Source of the DNA: Planctomycetota bacterium | GTDB taxonomy: Bacteria > Planctomycetota > PLA2 > JAEUHO01 | Length of the DNA stretch: 64,000 nucleotides | Assembly (NCBI GenBank): GCA_028281445.1 | Contig: JANQJW010000007.1 | Location: 92,694 to 156,693 of the forward strand | Direction: 5' to 3' | Shown here: positions 53,977 to 63,473 of the stretch, piece after piece | How positions within the stretch are numbered: the stretch's first letter is position 1 | How the letters are laid out: each line of letters starts with the position of its first letter | The notes under the pieces: model-generated | What the model was told of the DNA's origin: nothing | The model's input: only the letters and a program-made list of their open reading frames with translations | Database searches by the model: none | Program-made: the position numbers and the translations under genes

Positions 53977-54189
53977 CTACTTCGGTCCGCGTGCGAGTAC
54001 GGCGGACGCGGCGAGAACGAGGCCGAACAGCACGCAAGCGCCGCCGATCGACCACAGCAGCACCTGCGGACGCCAGATGACCGCGACGCCGTAGCCGGCC
54101 ACGACAGCGCCGCCTGCCAGCATCCACAGGCGCCACCGCAGCGAGCGGCCGCCCCCGCTCCAGGCGGGCTCGGGCTCGCCTCCGTTCAC
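53977..54189 (-). CDS. Small two-TM membrane protein
   Basis: GTG overlaps the argF' stop (GTGA); two hydrophobic segments. Confidence 0.6.
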   Translation of the reverse strand: MNGGEPEPAWSGGGRSLRWRLWMLAGGAVVAGYGVAVIWRPQVLLWSIGGACVLFGLVLAASAVLARGPK

Positions 54190-55223
54190 TCGACCCCCAG
54201 CACCGAGGTGAAGAGTGCGCGCTGGATGTGCAGCCGGTTGCCCGCCTGCGGGACGACGAGGCTGCCCGCCGCGTCCACGACCGCGTCGTCCGCCTCCACG
54301 TTGCGCCGGATCGGCATGGCGTGCATGAAACGCGCGTCGTTGGTGCGATCCATGAGCTCCGACGTGACGCGGCGGTCGCGATGCGACTCGCGTCGCTCCT
54401 TCTCCGCTTCCGCGCGGCCGTGCAGGTCGAGGCTTCCCCAGGACGCCGCGTAGACGACGTCCGCGCCCTCGGCGGCGGCCATGGGATCGTCGACGAAGCG
54501 CAGCTCGCTGCCGGTGCTCGCCGCCGTGTGCCGCAGCGTGGTCATGACGCCTTGGTCGAGCGGGTACCCCTCGGGATGAGCCACGGCGAGGTCCATGCCC
54601 AGCTTGCAGGCCATGACGCTCACACCGTGCGGCACGGCGAGCGGGCGGGCCTTGGGGTGATACGTCCACACGAGCGCCATGCACTTGCCTCGCAGCTCCC
54701 CAAGCTCCTCCTCCAGCGTGAGCGCGTCGCCCCAGGCCTGGCACGGGTGATCGAGCACGCTCTCCATGTTGAAGATCGGGACCGTCGCGTACTTCTGGAA
54801 GGAGACGATCACCCGGTCGCGCCGTTCGCGTGCCCAGTCGCCGCCGCGCGCAAGAGCACGGATCGCGATGACGTCGGCGTACTCGGAGAGCACGCGCGCG
54901 GCATCCTTGATGTGCTCGTCGGCGAGCCCGTCCATCACCGCACCGTCCCGGATCTCGAGCGGCCAGAGGTCGCGCTCCGCGGATAGGTCGATGACCGTCC
55001 CGCCGAGCGTCGTGAAGGCGATCGCGAACGACGCCCGCGTGCGCAGCGACGGATCGAAGAACACCATCGCGAGGGAGCGGCCGCGAAGCGGCGCCTCGAA
55101 GCCCTCTGCTTTCAGGCTGCGGGCCCGTGCCACGACGGCGCGGATCTCCTCCTCGGAGAAGGTGCTCAGGCTCACAACGTCGCGTCCCTGGATCAGGGCC
55201 GACCCGGTCTTTACGTTGCTCAT
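54186..55223 (-). CDS. argF': N-acetylornithine (N-acylornithine) carbamoyltransferase
   Basis: PSLRTRASF, W.LE..DG.VMDG...EH, NMES..HPCQ, WTYHPK..P.AV, HAMPIRRN, QAGNR. Confidence 0.88.
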   Translation of the reverse strand: MSNVKTGSALIQGRDVVSLSTFSEEEIRAVVARARSLKAEGFEAPLRGRSLAMVFFDPSLRTRASFAIAFTTLGGTVIDLSAERDLWPLEIRDGAVMDGLADEHIKDAARVLSEYADVIAIRALARGGDWARERRDRVIVSFQKYATVPIFNMESVLDHPCQAWGDALTLEEELGELRGKCMALVWTYHPKARPLAVPHGVSVMACKLGMDLAVAHPEGYPLDQGVMTTLRHTAASTGSELRFVDDPMAAAEGADVVYAASWGSLDLHGRAEAEKERRESHRDRRVTSELMDRTNDARFMHAMPIRRNVEADDAVVDAAGSLVVPQAGNRLHIQRALFTSVLGVE

Positions 55224-55483
55224 GGGCGGGCAGCGTACCGCCCGCCCCCCGCGGTCGTCGCCTCGGGACCCAGCCCTCGGAGTCCGGCGGGCTCAAATCC
55301 CTGGAGATGGGGCTCTGGGCGGCAGGCCCGGAGCCGAGGGCGATTTGTTCACAAAGTATGAAGGCGTTTCCGCGAGTCGCTTGCCGGAGTGCGGTGACAG
55401 GCCCTAGTGTCCTACGTGCGGCGACTCTCTGGAGAAGAGGGGAAGAGGTTGCCGGGGTGCCGAGTGCGGGGGATCTTGGTGCC

Positions 55484-56773
55484 ATGCATCGCCCGGGGGC
55501 TAACGACAGCGGTCCGAACGACGAGTCGGGCGGGGGCGACGCCGACCAGGCCCGGAACGAGGCATCTGCGGCGTCCGGCGACGAGGCCTCGGTCCCCGAC
55601 CGCCTGCTCGACCCGCGGACCCAGGCGCAGGTCCTGCGCGCGCACAAGCTCGAGAGCGTGGGGCAGCTGGCCGCAGGCGTAGCGCACGACTTCAACAACA
55701 TCCTCGGCGTCATTCTCGGCTACGTCGAGCTTGCCCGGATGAACATGGAGGGCGTCGACGCGAAGGTGCATCGCCACCTCGATCTCGCCTTGTCGACGCT
55801 CGGGCGCGCACGCGCGCTGGCCGATCGACTGCTCGACTTCACGCGCGAAGAGGACCGGGCGGCTGACCTCTGCGACCTCAACGAAGCCGTGCAGGAGGTG
55901 CGCGAGCTGCTCGCCGAGACCCTCGATCGTCGGATCAAGTTCGAGGTCAACCTCGGCGGGAACCTGCCGCCGCCGCCGCTCGACGCCGACTCCTTGCGGC
56001 AGGTCGTGACGAACCTCTGCCTGAACGCAGCGGACGCGATGCCGGAAGGCGGTCGCGTGATCGTCGACACGTTCCGTCGCGAGGTCCAGCCCGGCGGATT
56101 GCCCGAGCTGCCTCCGGGGATCTACTCGGGCCTGCGCGTGCGCGACACCGGACCGGGGGTGCCGCTCGACCAGCGGGAGCGCGTCTTCCAGCCGTACTAC
56201 ACGTCCCGGCCCGGCAAGCACAGCGGCATGGGGCTCTGGGTAGTGCGAGGGCTCGTGGAGAAGTACGACGGCCGGATCGACGTCGGCGGCGACGAACACG
56301 GCGCGGTGTTTACGGTGTGGCTGCCTTCCGAGCTCCACGTCTGGGAGCGCAACGCCGAGGTGAACGGCGAGGCCGTGGAGACTGCGGAGGACTCCATCGA
56401 CGTGCTCATCGTGGACGACGAACCCGGTGTGCGCGATATCACGCGCGCGTTTCTCGAGATGGACGGCTATCGCGTGCTCGAGGCGGAGACGGGGCGTGAC
56501 GCCCTCGTCACGCTGCGCGCGCGTCCCGGCGGCGTGCGCGTCGTGTTCCTCGATCACCTCTTGCCCGACATCCAGGGTTCGGAGCTCGCCTGGCAGATCG
56601 ACCGCATGGACAGTGCCCCGCAGGTCGTGATGGTGACGGGCATGCCCGATGCGGCGTCCGGGCAGGAGCTCCCGGCCGGTACGCGTGTGCTCGCCAAGCC
56701 GTTCCTCCACGCCGACGTCACCAAGCTGCTGCGCGACGACCTCGGCATCGAGCCCGTTGAGGCCCGCGTCTGA
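55484..56773 (+). CDS. Cytoplasmic hybrid histidine kinase/receiver (no recognisable sensor domain)
   Basis: KLESVGQLAAGVAHDFNN, NLCLNAADAM, DTGPG, GMGL; C-terminal REC (VDDE, LDHLLP, AKPF). Confidence 0.9.
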   Translation: MHRPGANDSGPNDESGGGDADQARNEASAASGDEASVPDRLLDPRTQAQVLRAHKLESVGQLAAGVAHDFNNILGVILGYVELARMNMEGVDAKVHRHLDLALSTLGRARALADRLLDFTREEDRAADLCDLNEAVQEVRELLAETLDRRIKFEVNLGGNLPPPPLDADSLRQVVTNLCLNAADAMPEGGRVIVDTFRREVQPGGLPELPPGIYSGLRVRDTGPGVPLDQRERVFQPYYTSRPGKHSGMGLWVVRGLVEKYDGRIDVGGDEHGAVFTVWLPSELHVWERNAEVNGEAVETAEDSIDVLIVDDEPGVRDITRAFLEMDGYRVLEAETGRDALVTLRARPGGVRVVFLDHLLPDIQGSELAWQIDRMDSAPQVVMVTGMPDAASGQELPAGTRVLAKPFLHADVTKLLRDDLGIEPVEARV

Positions 56774-57138
56774 CTCCGATTCGTCCGGCTCGTTTGCCGG
56801 CGCGCGTGACTGTCGCGAATCTCGCCGGCGGCGCATCACGCGGGGTTAGTGGGTCACTCTGGCTTGCACGCGGGCTCCTCCCGCCTGGATGTGTCTCCTC
56901 GATGCGTTCGTTCGTGATCGGGTTGTCGGGGCGAAGGCGCCGCAAAGCCGATGAGGACGCCGCGTGGTGGTCCACGCAAGGACGAAAGCGAAGCGGTCGG
57001 CATGGCGCCGCCGAGTATCCGGCAAGCCGCACTCCGTGCGGATCAGAGACACTGGCCCATTACGGGAGCCGCCGTTGGCGTGCCTGCTGCGGTACGATCT
57101 GGGCCCGGCGCCGACTTCGCCGGTTGGGAGACTGATGC

Positions 57139-58431
57139 ATGTCCGATGACGCGAGCCCCCCGGAAGCCGGGACCGAGCTTCAGGCGCTCGAGGTCCAGGC
57201 CATGGCGAGCCTGCTCGATGTCACGCGTCGCATGAACGCCGCGTCCGACCTCGAAGGACTCCTCGATGCGATCGTCGACAGCCTCGTCTCGGTCGCACAG
57301 GCCGACCGCGGCTTTCTCATGCTCAAGGACGACGTCTCCGGCGAGCTGAAGTTCACCATTGCACGCGACCGCAACGGCAAGCCGCTCGAGGAGAAGAAGT
57401 TCAAGGTCAGCCGAGGCGTCGTGGACGAGGTCGCCCAGACCGGCGAGACCCGCCTCATCGACGACGCCGCCGCATCCGATGCGTACAACGCGCGCTTGAG
57501 CATCATCAGCCTCTCGCTGCGGACCATCCTCTGCGTTCCGTTGAACACCTCGCAGGGTGTCATCGGCGTCATCTACGTCGACAGCAACGCCATCACGCGC
57601 CGGTTCACCGACAACGACATCCCGCTCATCGAGGCGTTCGCCGCGCAAGCCGCCTCCACGCTGGAGCGCGTGCGGCTGCAGATGGCAGAGATGGAGCGCG
57701 ACCGCATGGCCGCCCAGCTCAAGGTCGCATCCGAGATCCAGAAGACGTTCCTGCCGAGCCGCTTCCCCGACCTTCCAGGCGTGACCGGTGCGGTCGCGAC
57801 CGTTGCGGCTCTCGAGGTCGGCGGCGACTTCTACGACGTGATTGCGTTGCCCGAGGGGCGCGTGGGCGTGATGGTCGGCGACGTCTCCGGCAAGGGCGTG
57901 CCCGGTGCGCTCTTCGGTGCGCGGATGATGTCGGACGTGCGCTACCAGGCGCTGCTGCTCGACGACGTGGCCGCGACGCTCGAGGCCGTCAACGACATCG
58001 TCGCCGAGCGCGCTACGCGCGGCATGTTCGTAACGTTCTTCTACGGCGTCATCGATCCGCAGACGAGCATGGTCGAGTACGGCAACGCCGGCCACCTGGC
58101 CCCGCTGATTCGCAAAGCCGACGGCACGCTCGACGAGTGGTCCGATCCGATCGGCGTGCCTCTCGGCATCGTGAAGGGGGCGAAGTACGAGGCGGGGCAG
58201 CGCAAGCTGGAGCAGGGCGAGACCATGGTGCTCTTGAGCGACGGGCCGGCAGACGCCGTCGGCGAAGGCGAGGAGCGCTTCGGGGACGATCGCGTGCGCA
58301 AGACCATCGCCAACGGCCCCAGCGAGCCGTCCTTCCTGGTGAACGCGCTGCTGCAGGCAACGGCCGACTTCACCGGCAACCGTCCGCAGGCAGACGACCA
58401 GACCTTGCTGGCGGTCTCCGTCGACGGGTAG
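57139..58431 (+). CDS. GAF + PP2C/SpoIIE (RsbU-like) phosphatase
   Basis: LRTILCVPL...IGVIYVD (GAF); EVGGDFYD, GDVSGKG, NAGH, SDG, DDQTLL. Confidence 0.93.
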   Translation: MSDDASPPEAGTELQALEVQAMASLLDVTRRMNAASDLEGLLDAIVDSLVSVAQADRGFLMLKDDVSGELKFTIARDRNGKPLEEKKFKVSRGVVDEVAQTGETRLIDDAAASDAYNARLSIISLSLRTILCVPLNTSQGVIGVIYVDSNAITRRFTDNDIPLIEAFAAQAASTLERVRLQMAEMERDRMAAQLKVASEIQKTFLPSRFPDLPGVTGAVATVAALEVGGDFYDVIALPEGRVGVMVGDVSGKGVPGALFGARMMSDVRYQALLLDDVAATLEAVNDIVAERATRGMFVTFFYGVIDPQTSMVEYGNAGHLAPLIRKADGTLDEWSDPIGVPLGIVKGAKYEAGQRKLEQGETMVLLSDGPADAVGEGEERFGDDRVRKTIANGPSEPSFLVNALLQATADFTGNRPQADDQTLLAVSVDG

Positions 58432-58437
58432 CGCTTC

Positions 58438-59598
58438 GTGCCTGAGCCCGTTCGGCCGCTGAGTCCCTGGACGTATCTCCTGCGCAACGTGCGCAGGACC
58501 TGGCCCGTGCTGGCGATCCAGGCGCTCGTCACGTGCCTGCTCGTTCTCATCATCACGCCGACGAATGCCTTCGAGGCGACGGCGGAAGCCGACATCCGTC
58601 CGCTCGACACGTTCACAGTCGTGAATCCGCGCCGCAAGGCCGAGTTCGACGACGAGCTCAGCGCGCTGCTCGACGACAACCCCGCGCAGGCAAGCCGCGT
58701 CGAGGCGAAGTTCCTCTGGGTCCGCACGCCCATGATCGTCTCCCACTCCTGGTCGCCGATGATCGCGCTGCCGCGTGACATCTGGCCGGAGTTCCTCGCG
58801 AAGCTCGATGTCGAGCTGATCGAGGGCAGCTTTCCGAAGCCCGACTCCGACGGGGTCGTGCTGCACGAGGACGTCGTGCGCGGGCGCGGCATGAAGCTCG
58901 GCGACGAGTTCGGCCGCGCGGTAAACGTCCGGCACACCACGCCGGGCAAGTTCACGCTCGTCGGCGTCTTCGGCGGCCCCTCGCGCGTCGGGCTGACCGA
59001 CCTGGCCTACGCGAGCAAGCCGGCAACCGTGCTGTATCGGCGTCCGCCGGTCCAGGTCGTCTACGCCAAGACCGGGCGCAAAGACGAGAGCGACCAATAC
59101 CTTCGCGACGCCCGGCAGGAGAACGGCCACGAGGCGTTCACCGTGATCGACGCGCGCTACGCGCGGCAGCGCGTCGCCGAGGTGTTCCAGAACCTGCCAC
59201 TCTTGATCGGCTTCATCACGGGCTCGGTTGCGCTCGTCGTCGCACTCGTGATCTCGCTGCTGAACGTGATCGCATTCCAGGTCAGGGTCGACGAGTTCGG
59301 GCTCTATCTCGCCATCGGCCACGCACGATGGCGGCTCGTGCGCAAGCTGGCGATCGAGACGAGCCTCGTGGCGGTGCTCGCCTGGCTGCTGGGCCTCGGC
59401 CTCGGCCTGCTCGGCGTGTACCTCTACAAGCACCTCTGGCTCGCGCCGAAGGGCATCGCGATCTACGTCATCGACGCCCGGCCGCTGCTCTTCTCGTTGT
59501 CCGTGCCCGTTCTGTCGACGCTCACCGGCGCCATCGCACTCGGCCGGCGCCTGCACTCGATGGACCCCGTCGCGGTCATCCAGCGGAGGGGTACGTGA
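58438..59598 (+). CDS. ABC transporter permease (FtsX/MacB-like)
   Basis: N-terminal TM, periplasmic loop, RVDEFGLYLAIG, three C-terminal TMs, MDPVAVI. Confidence 0.85.
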   Translation: MPEPVRPLSPWTYLLRNVRRTWPVLAIQALVTCLLVLIITPTNAFEATAEADIRPLDTFTVVNPRRKAEFDDELSALLDDNPAQASRVEAKFLWVRTPMIVSHSWSPMIALPRDIWPEFLAKLDVELIEGSFPKPDSDGVVLHEDVVRGRGMKLGDEFGRAVNVRHTTPGKFTLVGVFGGPSRVGLTDLAYASKPATVLYRRPPVQVVYAKTGRKDESDQYLRDARQENGHEAFTVIDARYARQRVAEVFQNLPLLIGFITGSVALVVALVISLLNVIAFQVRVDEFGLYLAIGHARWRLVRKLAIETSLVAVLAWLLGLGLGLLGVYLYKHLWLAPKGIAIYVIDARPLLFSLSVPVLSTLTGAIALGRRLHSMDPVAVIQRRGT

Positions 59599-60257
59599 TG
59601 AACGAGACGCCCCTGGTCGTGGCAAGCAACGTCGTGCTCGAGTACCACGACGGCTCGCGCGACGTTCGTGCCCTGGACGGGATCGACCTCGCGATCCAGC
59701 GCGGGGAGTTCGTCGGTCTCGTCGGCCCCTCGGGCTCCGGCAAGTCGAGTCTGTTGTTCGTCCTCGCAGGCCTGCGTCCTCCAACGAGCGGGCGCGTGGC
59801 GGTGATGGGGGAGGACCTGCCGGCGTACGCGGATGCGAGCGCGGGCATGCGCCGGCGGCGTATCGGGTTCCTCTTCCAGGAGCCGTTCCTCGTTCCGTAC
59901 TTGAGCGTGCGCGAGAACGCGTTGACGCACGCGCCGGGTGACGCTGCCGAGGGCCGGGTCGAGGCGCTGGCCCAGGCCATCGGCATGACGTCCATGCTCG
60001 ACGAGCGGCCCCATCGTCTCTCCGGCGGTGAGCGTCAGCGGGCGAGCCTTCTCCGCGCGCTCGCCAACAACCCCGATTTGATCCTGGCTGACGAGCCCAC
60101 GGCGTCCCTCGACCAGCAGACCGGCCACGCCGTGATGGACGTCCTGCGGACGCACACGAAGGATGCCGGGCTGCTCGTCGTGACACACGATCGCGGGATG
60201 ATCGAAGACGCCAACCGCGTCCTCTTCCTGCGCGACGGCAGGCTGAAGCACGAATAG
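59598..60257 (+). CDS. ABC transporter ATP-binding protein (LolD-like)
   Basis: TGATG overlap; GPSGSGKS, LSGGERQR, LADEPT, VTHD. Confidence 0.93.
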   Translation: MNETPLVVASNVVLEYHDGSRDVRALDGIDLAIQRGEFVGLVGPSGSGKSSLLFVLAGLRPPTSGRVAVMGEDLPAYADASAGMRRRRIGFLFQEPFLVPYLSVRENALTHAPGDAAEGRVEALAQAIGMTSMLDERPHRLSGGERQRASLLRALANNPDLILADEPTASLDQQTGHAVMDVLRTHTKDAGLLVVTHDRGMIEDANRVLFLRDGRLKHE

Positions 60258-60293
60258 ACTGGCCCGATGGCCTGGGTGGTGGACACTGGACGG

Positions 60294-61985
60294 ATGGCTG
60301 GGCGGACTCTTCTCTGCACGCTGGCACTGGTGCTCCTCGCCGTGCCCGCTGCCGCCGAAGACGAAGAGCTACTCGTCCCGAAGATCACCGGGCTCGAGCT
60401 CCTGAAGGCCGAGCAGCAGATCAAGGCGGCCGGCTTCAAGCTCGGCAGGGTCTACGAGCTGGCCCGCAAGCGTGTGCTCGACAGCTACGGCCTCAACGTC
60501 CCGCACGGCTTCGTGTTCCGCCAGCGGCCCAGTCCCGGCGCGCGCTGGGATCCGACGAAGCCCATCGACGTCATCGTGTCCGCGCCGGAAGACGGAGAGT
60601 TGCCGCCGCGGTTGCCCGGCCTCAAGCCGTTACCGGCTCCGCCGCCTGCCCCGCCGCCGCCCGCAGACGTACCGCCGGGCGACTCATCGGTGCCGCCGCC
60701 TGCGGGAGGCGGAACGCCTCCGCCGCCTCCGCCGCCGCCGATCGATGCACCGCTGCCCGTGCGTCCGCAGCCTGCGCCGCAGCCGTCCGATCCCGCGCCT
60801 GCCAACCCGCAGCCGGCCGACCCGGCACCGGCGAACCCGGCACCTGCTGATCCGCCGCCGGTGGATCGCGACGCCCCGCCCCTTCGAGAACCTCAGGGCA
60901 GGGAAGCCATCGGCTCGCCCGACGCGCCGCAGATGGCGCCCGAAGCGGACCCGAAGATCGTTCCGCCGCTGACCGGTCTCGAGCTGGCCGAAGCCGAGCA
61001 GCTCGTGCGCGATGCCAAGATGACGCTCTACGTCGAGCGCGTGGCCGGGCATCCCGTCGGTCGCGTGCTCGAGCAGGATCCGTTGCCGCGTTCCGCGCGT
61101 CCGGCCGGGGGCATCGTCAAGATCGTGGTGACCGCCGGCGGTGACTTCACCGGTGCGACGCCGTCTGCGCCCGAGATCTACGTGCCCAACATGACCGTGC
61201 CGGACCTGCTCGATCGCACCGAGTTGCAGGCGGAGCGCATCATCGGGGACCTGAAGCTGGTCATCCAGAAGGAGACGGCCAAGCGCGGGCTCGCGGGCCG
61301 CGTCGTCGATCAGATGCCCGCCGCCGGGAGTCGCGTACCCAAGGGCGGCGTCGTTCGGGTGTGGATCGGCCCCGAGGACGCGGAAGCCCCCGCACCCGCT
61401 CCGCCCTTTGCACCTGAGCCGCCTGGTCGACAGCCGCAGGACGTACCCCCGCGCGCTCCCGAGCCGCCGGTCGTGCCCGCGCCCGAATCGCCGCCCATCC
61501 CGGAACAGCCCCCGGATCCCGCGCCTGAAGCGCCTGTCGATCCGCCGGTGAACCCGCGCGATGAGCCCATCGAGGAGCCTCAGGGCAGGCCCATGCCCGA
61601 TCCGGCGCCCAAGAAGCCCGTTCGAGAGCCTCAGGGCAAGCCCAAGGCGAACCCCAACGCGCCGCTGGCGCCCGGTCCGCTACCCGGCGCCGTTCCCGTT
61701 CCGATTGCCCCGCAGCACGGCGCTGTCATTCCGCGCGACGAGCTGGTGCCGATCGGCTTCAGCTGGAAGGGCGTCAAGCGCGCGTCGCACTACATCCTCG
61801 AGGTCGAGGAGGAGGGTGCGCAGGGACGTTGGATCGCCAACGTGCGCAAGCCCGCCCGCAAGACGGCATGCATCGTCGAGGTCGAGCGTCTCTCGACGAG
61901 CGCCTCGGCGAAGATGCGCTGGCGCGTGCGCGCCGTCATCGACGGCCGCGAGTCCTCCCCCTCCAAGTGGGTCGTCCTCAAGTAA
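60294..61985 (+). CDS. Exported PASTA-domain protein with Pro-rich linkers
   Basis: Signal peptide; three 'VP.L.G/D....A...I....L' ... 'G.V..Q.P..G......V.V.V' units; Pro-rich tracts; C-terminal FN3-like WRVRAV segment. Confidence 0.82.
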   Translation: MAGRTLLCTLALVLLAVPAAAEDEELLVPKITGLELLKAEQQIKAAGFKLGRVYELARKRVLDSYGLNVPHGFVFRQRPSPGARWDPTKPIDVIVSAPEDGELPPRLPGLKPLPAPPPAPPPPADVPPGDSSVPPPAGGGTPPPPPPPPIDAPLPVRPQPAPQPSDPAPANPQPADPAPANPAPADPPPVDRDAPPLREPQGREAIGSPDAPQMAPEADPKIVPPLTGLELAEAEQLVRDAKMTLYVERVAGHPVGRVLEQDPLPRSARPAGGIVKIVVTAGGDFTGATPSAPEIYVPNMTVPDLLDRTELQAERIIGDLKLVIQKETAKRGLAGRVVDQMPAAGSRVPKGGVVRVWIGPEDAEAPAPAPPFAPEPPGRQPQDVPPRAPEPPVVPAPESPPIPEQPPDPAPEAPVDPPVNPRDEPIEEPQGRPMPDPAPKKPVREPQGKPKANPNAPLAPGPLPGAVPVPIAPQHGAVIPRDELVPIGFSWKGVKRASHYILEVEEEGAQGRWIANVRKPARKTACIVEVERLSTSASAKMRWRVRAVIDGRESSPSKWVVLK

Positions 61986-62022
61986 GACGACGAAATCCGG
62001 CGTGGCCTCCGGGAGGGTCGTC

Positions 62023-62451
62023 CTACGGCAACCGCCCGCTGCTGCCCTTGACCTTGACGAGCTTCCAGCCGTCTTCGCGGCGTACGAGGTCGACCTCGAT
62101 GCCGTAGCGGATCGGCCGGCCGTAGACCTGGGCGCCGATGTAGCCCGCCGCCTTCGCGGTGTCGTCCTCGATCTTGACCTCCGGCAACCGGACCTCGACC
62201 GCGAGCGGCCTGTGCTTCTCGATCAGGCTGCGTACGTGCTGAATGGTCTTCGCGCGGTCCTTCCCCTGGTACTCGAAGGACTCGTCCAACACGTCCTCCA
62301 GCACCTCGTAGCGCTTCTCCATGAGGGCCTTGGCGGTGTCCTTGGCGAGGTTCTCAATCGCCTCCGCGTCGGTCACGATCAGGCGCTCGATGCCGAACGC
62401 GGCCAAGGCCAGGATGCCCAAGGCCAGTATCTGGGTTCGGATCGCAGGCAC
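62023..62451 (-). CDS. Hypothetical NTF2-like protein with N-terminal anchor
   Basis: AGGAG RBS + GTG; hydrophobic N-terminus; C-terminal LVRREDGWKLV. Confidence 0.7.
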   Translation of the reverse strand: MPAIRTQILALGILALAAFGIERLIVTDAEAIENLAKDTAKALMEKRYEVLEDVLDESFEYQGKDRAKTIQHVRSLIEKHRPLAVEVRLPEVKIEDDTAKAAGYIGAQVYGRPIRYGIEVDLVRREDGWKLVKVKGSSGRLP

Positions 62452-62508
62452 TTCGGTCTCCTGGGTCGGAAGGGGGGCAGGCCCCGGGCGCCGGTAAACT
62501 CTCGGCTC

Positions 62509-63438
62509 ATGTCGGACGACGTCAACAAGTACTGCCGCCTGGGGGCAGAACACCTCGAGCGGGGCGAGCCCGAAGAGGCGCTCCAGTGGTACGAGCGCGC
62601 GCTGGCCGAGGATCCCGAGAACGCGGATGCCTGGTCCGGGCGCGGCAAGGCCTACTACGACCTCGGCCGTCTGGAGCGCGCCGACCGCGACTTCCGCCGC
62701 GCGCTCCGCTTCGCGCGGAGCTTCCTGAAGGGGCGCCGCCGCCCGACGCGCTGGTGGACCGACGAGAGCACCCGACCGTACCTGCGCGCGCTGCATGGCC
62801 GTGCGCTCTGCCGCTTCTGGCTGACGGCGTACACCGATGCCGCACGCTTGTTCCGCAAGCTGCTGCGCCTCGCGCCGACTGATCCCCTCGACGTGCGGTT
62901 CCTGCTCGGTGAGACCTACTTCCGGATGGGGCAGGTCGACCATGCGGTGCGCGAGTGGCAGCTCGTCGGCGATGATCCCGACGCGCTCTACAACCTCGGA
63001 CTGGCGTACTTCTACCGCGGTGAGTTCACGCGCTCGGTCGGGGCGTTTCGCCGGGCGATCTTCGAGAACCTCTTCCTGGTCGCGCGCATCACCAACTCGG
63101 CGATCACGGACGTGCCCAGCTACAGCGGCACGCACTACAAGGGCCTCGACAGCGAGCACGCGGCAGTCGACTACCTGGAGCGCTGCGGCGACCTCTGGCG
63201 TGGTCGGCCCTTGCTGGTGCGCTGGCTACGCAGCATCTACGAGCACGACACGGTGCGCAGCGACGTGCGCCGGCACGTGCAGCACCTGCGTACGCTCATT
63301 CGCCCCGACGTCGGCCCCGGCGAGCGCGCCCGCCTCGAGGGCGAGAACACCGCGCTCCGCAGCGAGGAGCGCCTCTCGCGCGACAACCGCGCTATCGCGA
63401 AGTACGTGTGTGAGCGCTTGTTCCGCGTCGACGAGTAG
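62509..63438 (+). CDS. Tetratricopeptide repeat protein
   Basis: EEALQWYERALAEDPENADAWSGRG, RPYLRAL, PDALYNLGLAY. Confidence 0.85.
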   Translation: MSDDVNKYCRLGAEHLERGEPEEALQWYERALAEDPENADAWSGRGKAYYDLGRLERADRDFRRALRFARSFLKGRRRPTRWWTDESTRPYLRALHGRALCRFWLTAYTDAARLFRKLLRLAPTDPLDVRFLLGETYFRMGQVDHAVREWQLVGDDPDALYNLGLAYFYRGEFTRSVGAFRRAIFENLFLVARITNSAITDVPSYSGTHYKGLDSEHAAVDYLERCGDLWRGRPLLVRWLRSIYEHDTVRSDVRRHVQHLRTLIRPDVGPGERARLEGENTALRSEERLSRDNRAIAKYVCERLFRVDE

Positions 63439-63473
63439 GCGTAGAGGCCCCCATGAGCATCCCTTCTCGGTAA

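Noticed and set aside
56846..56880. Minus-strand mini-ORF (GGAGGAG RBS, GTG-QARVTH-TAA)
   Set aside because: Only 7 codons with no downstream minus-strand gene; it cannot be supported from sequence alone.
56925..56990. c-di-GMP-I riboswitch (CGCAAAGCC) or hammerhead ribozyme (GATGAG...CGAAA)
   Set aside because: The GNRA-capped P2 and receptor of the GEMM motif are absent, and the hammerhead CUGA core and stem II geometry do not match.
57043..60327. Long track ORFs such as 57043-60327(-), 17569-19644(+), 12789-14807(+), 11374-13152(-) and the 5' part of 26087-29119(+)
   Set aside because: They are antisense or alternate-frame shadows of well-supported genes in high-GC DNA, with no recognisable motifs.
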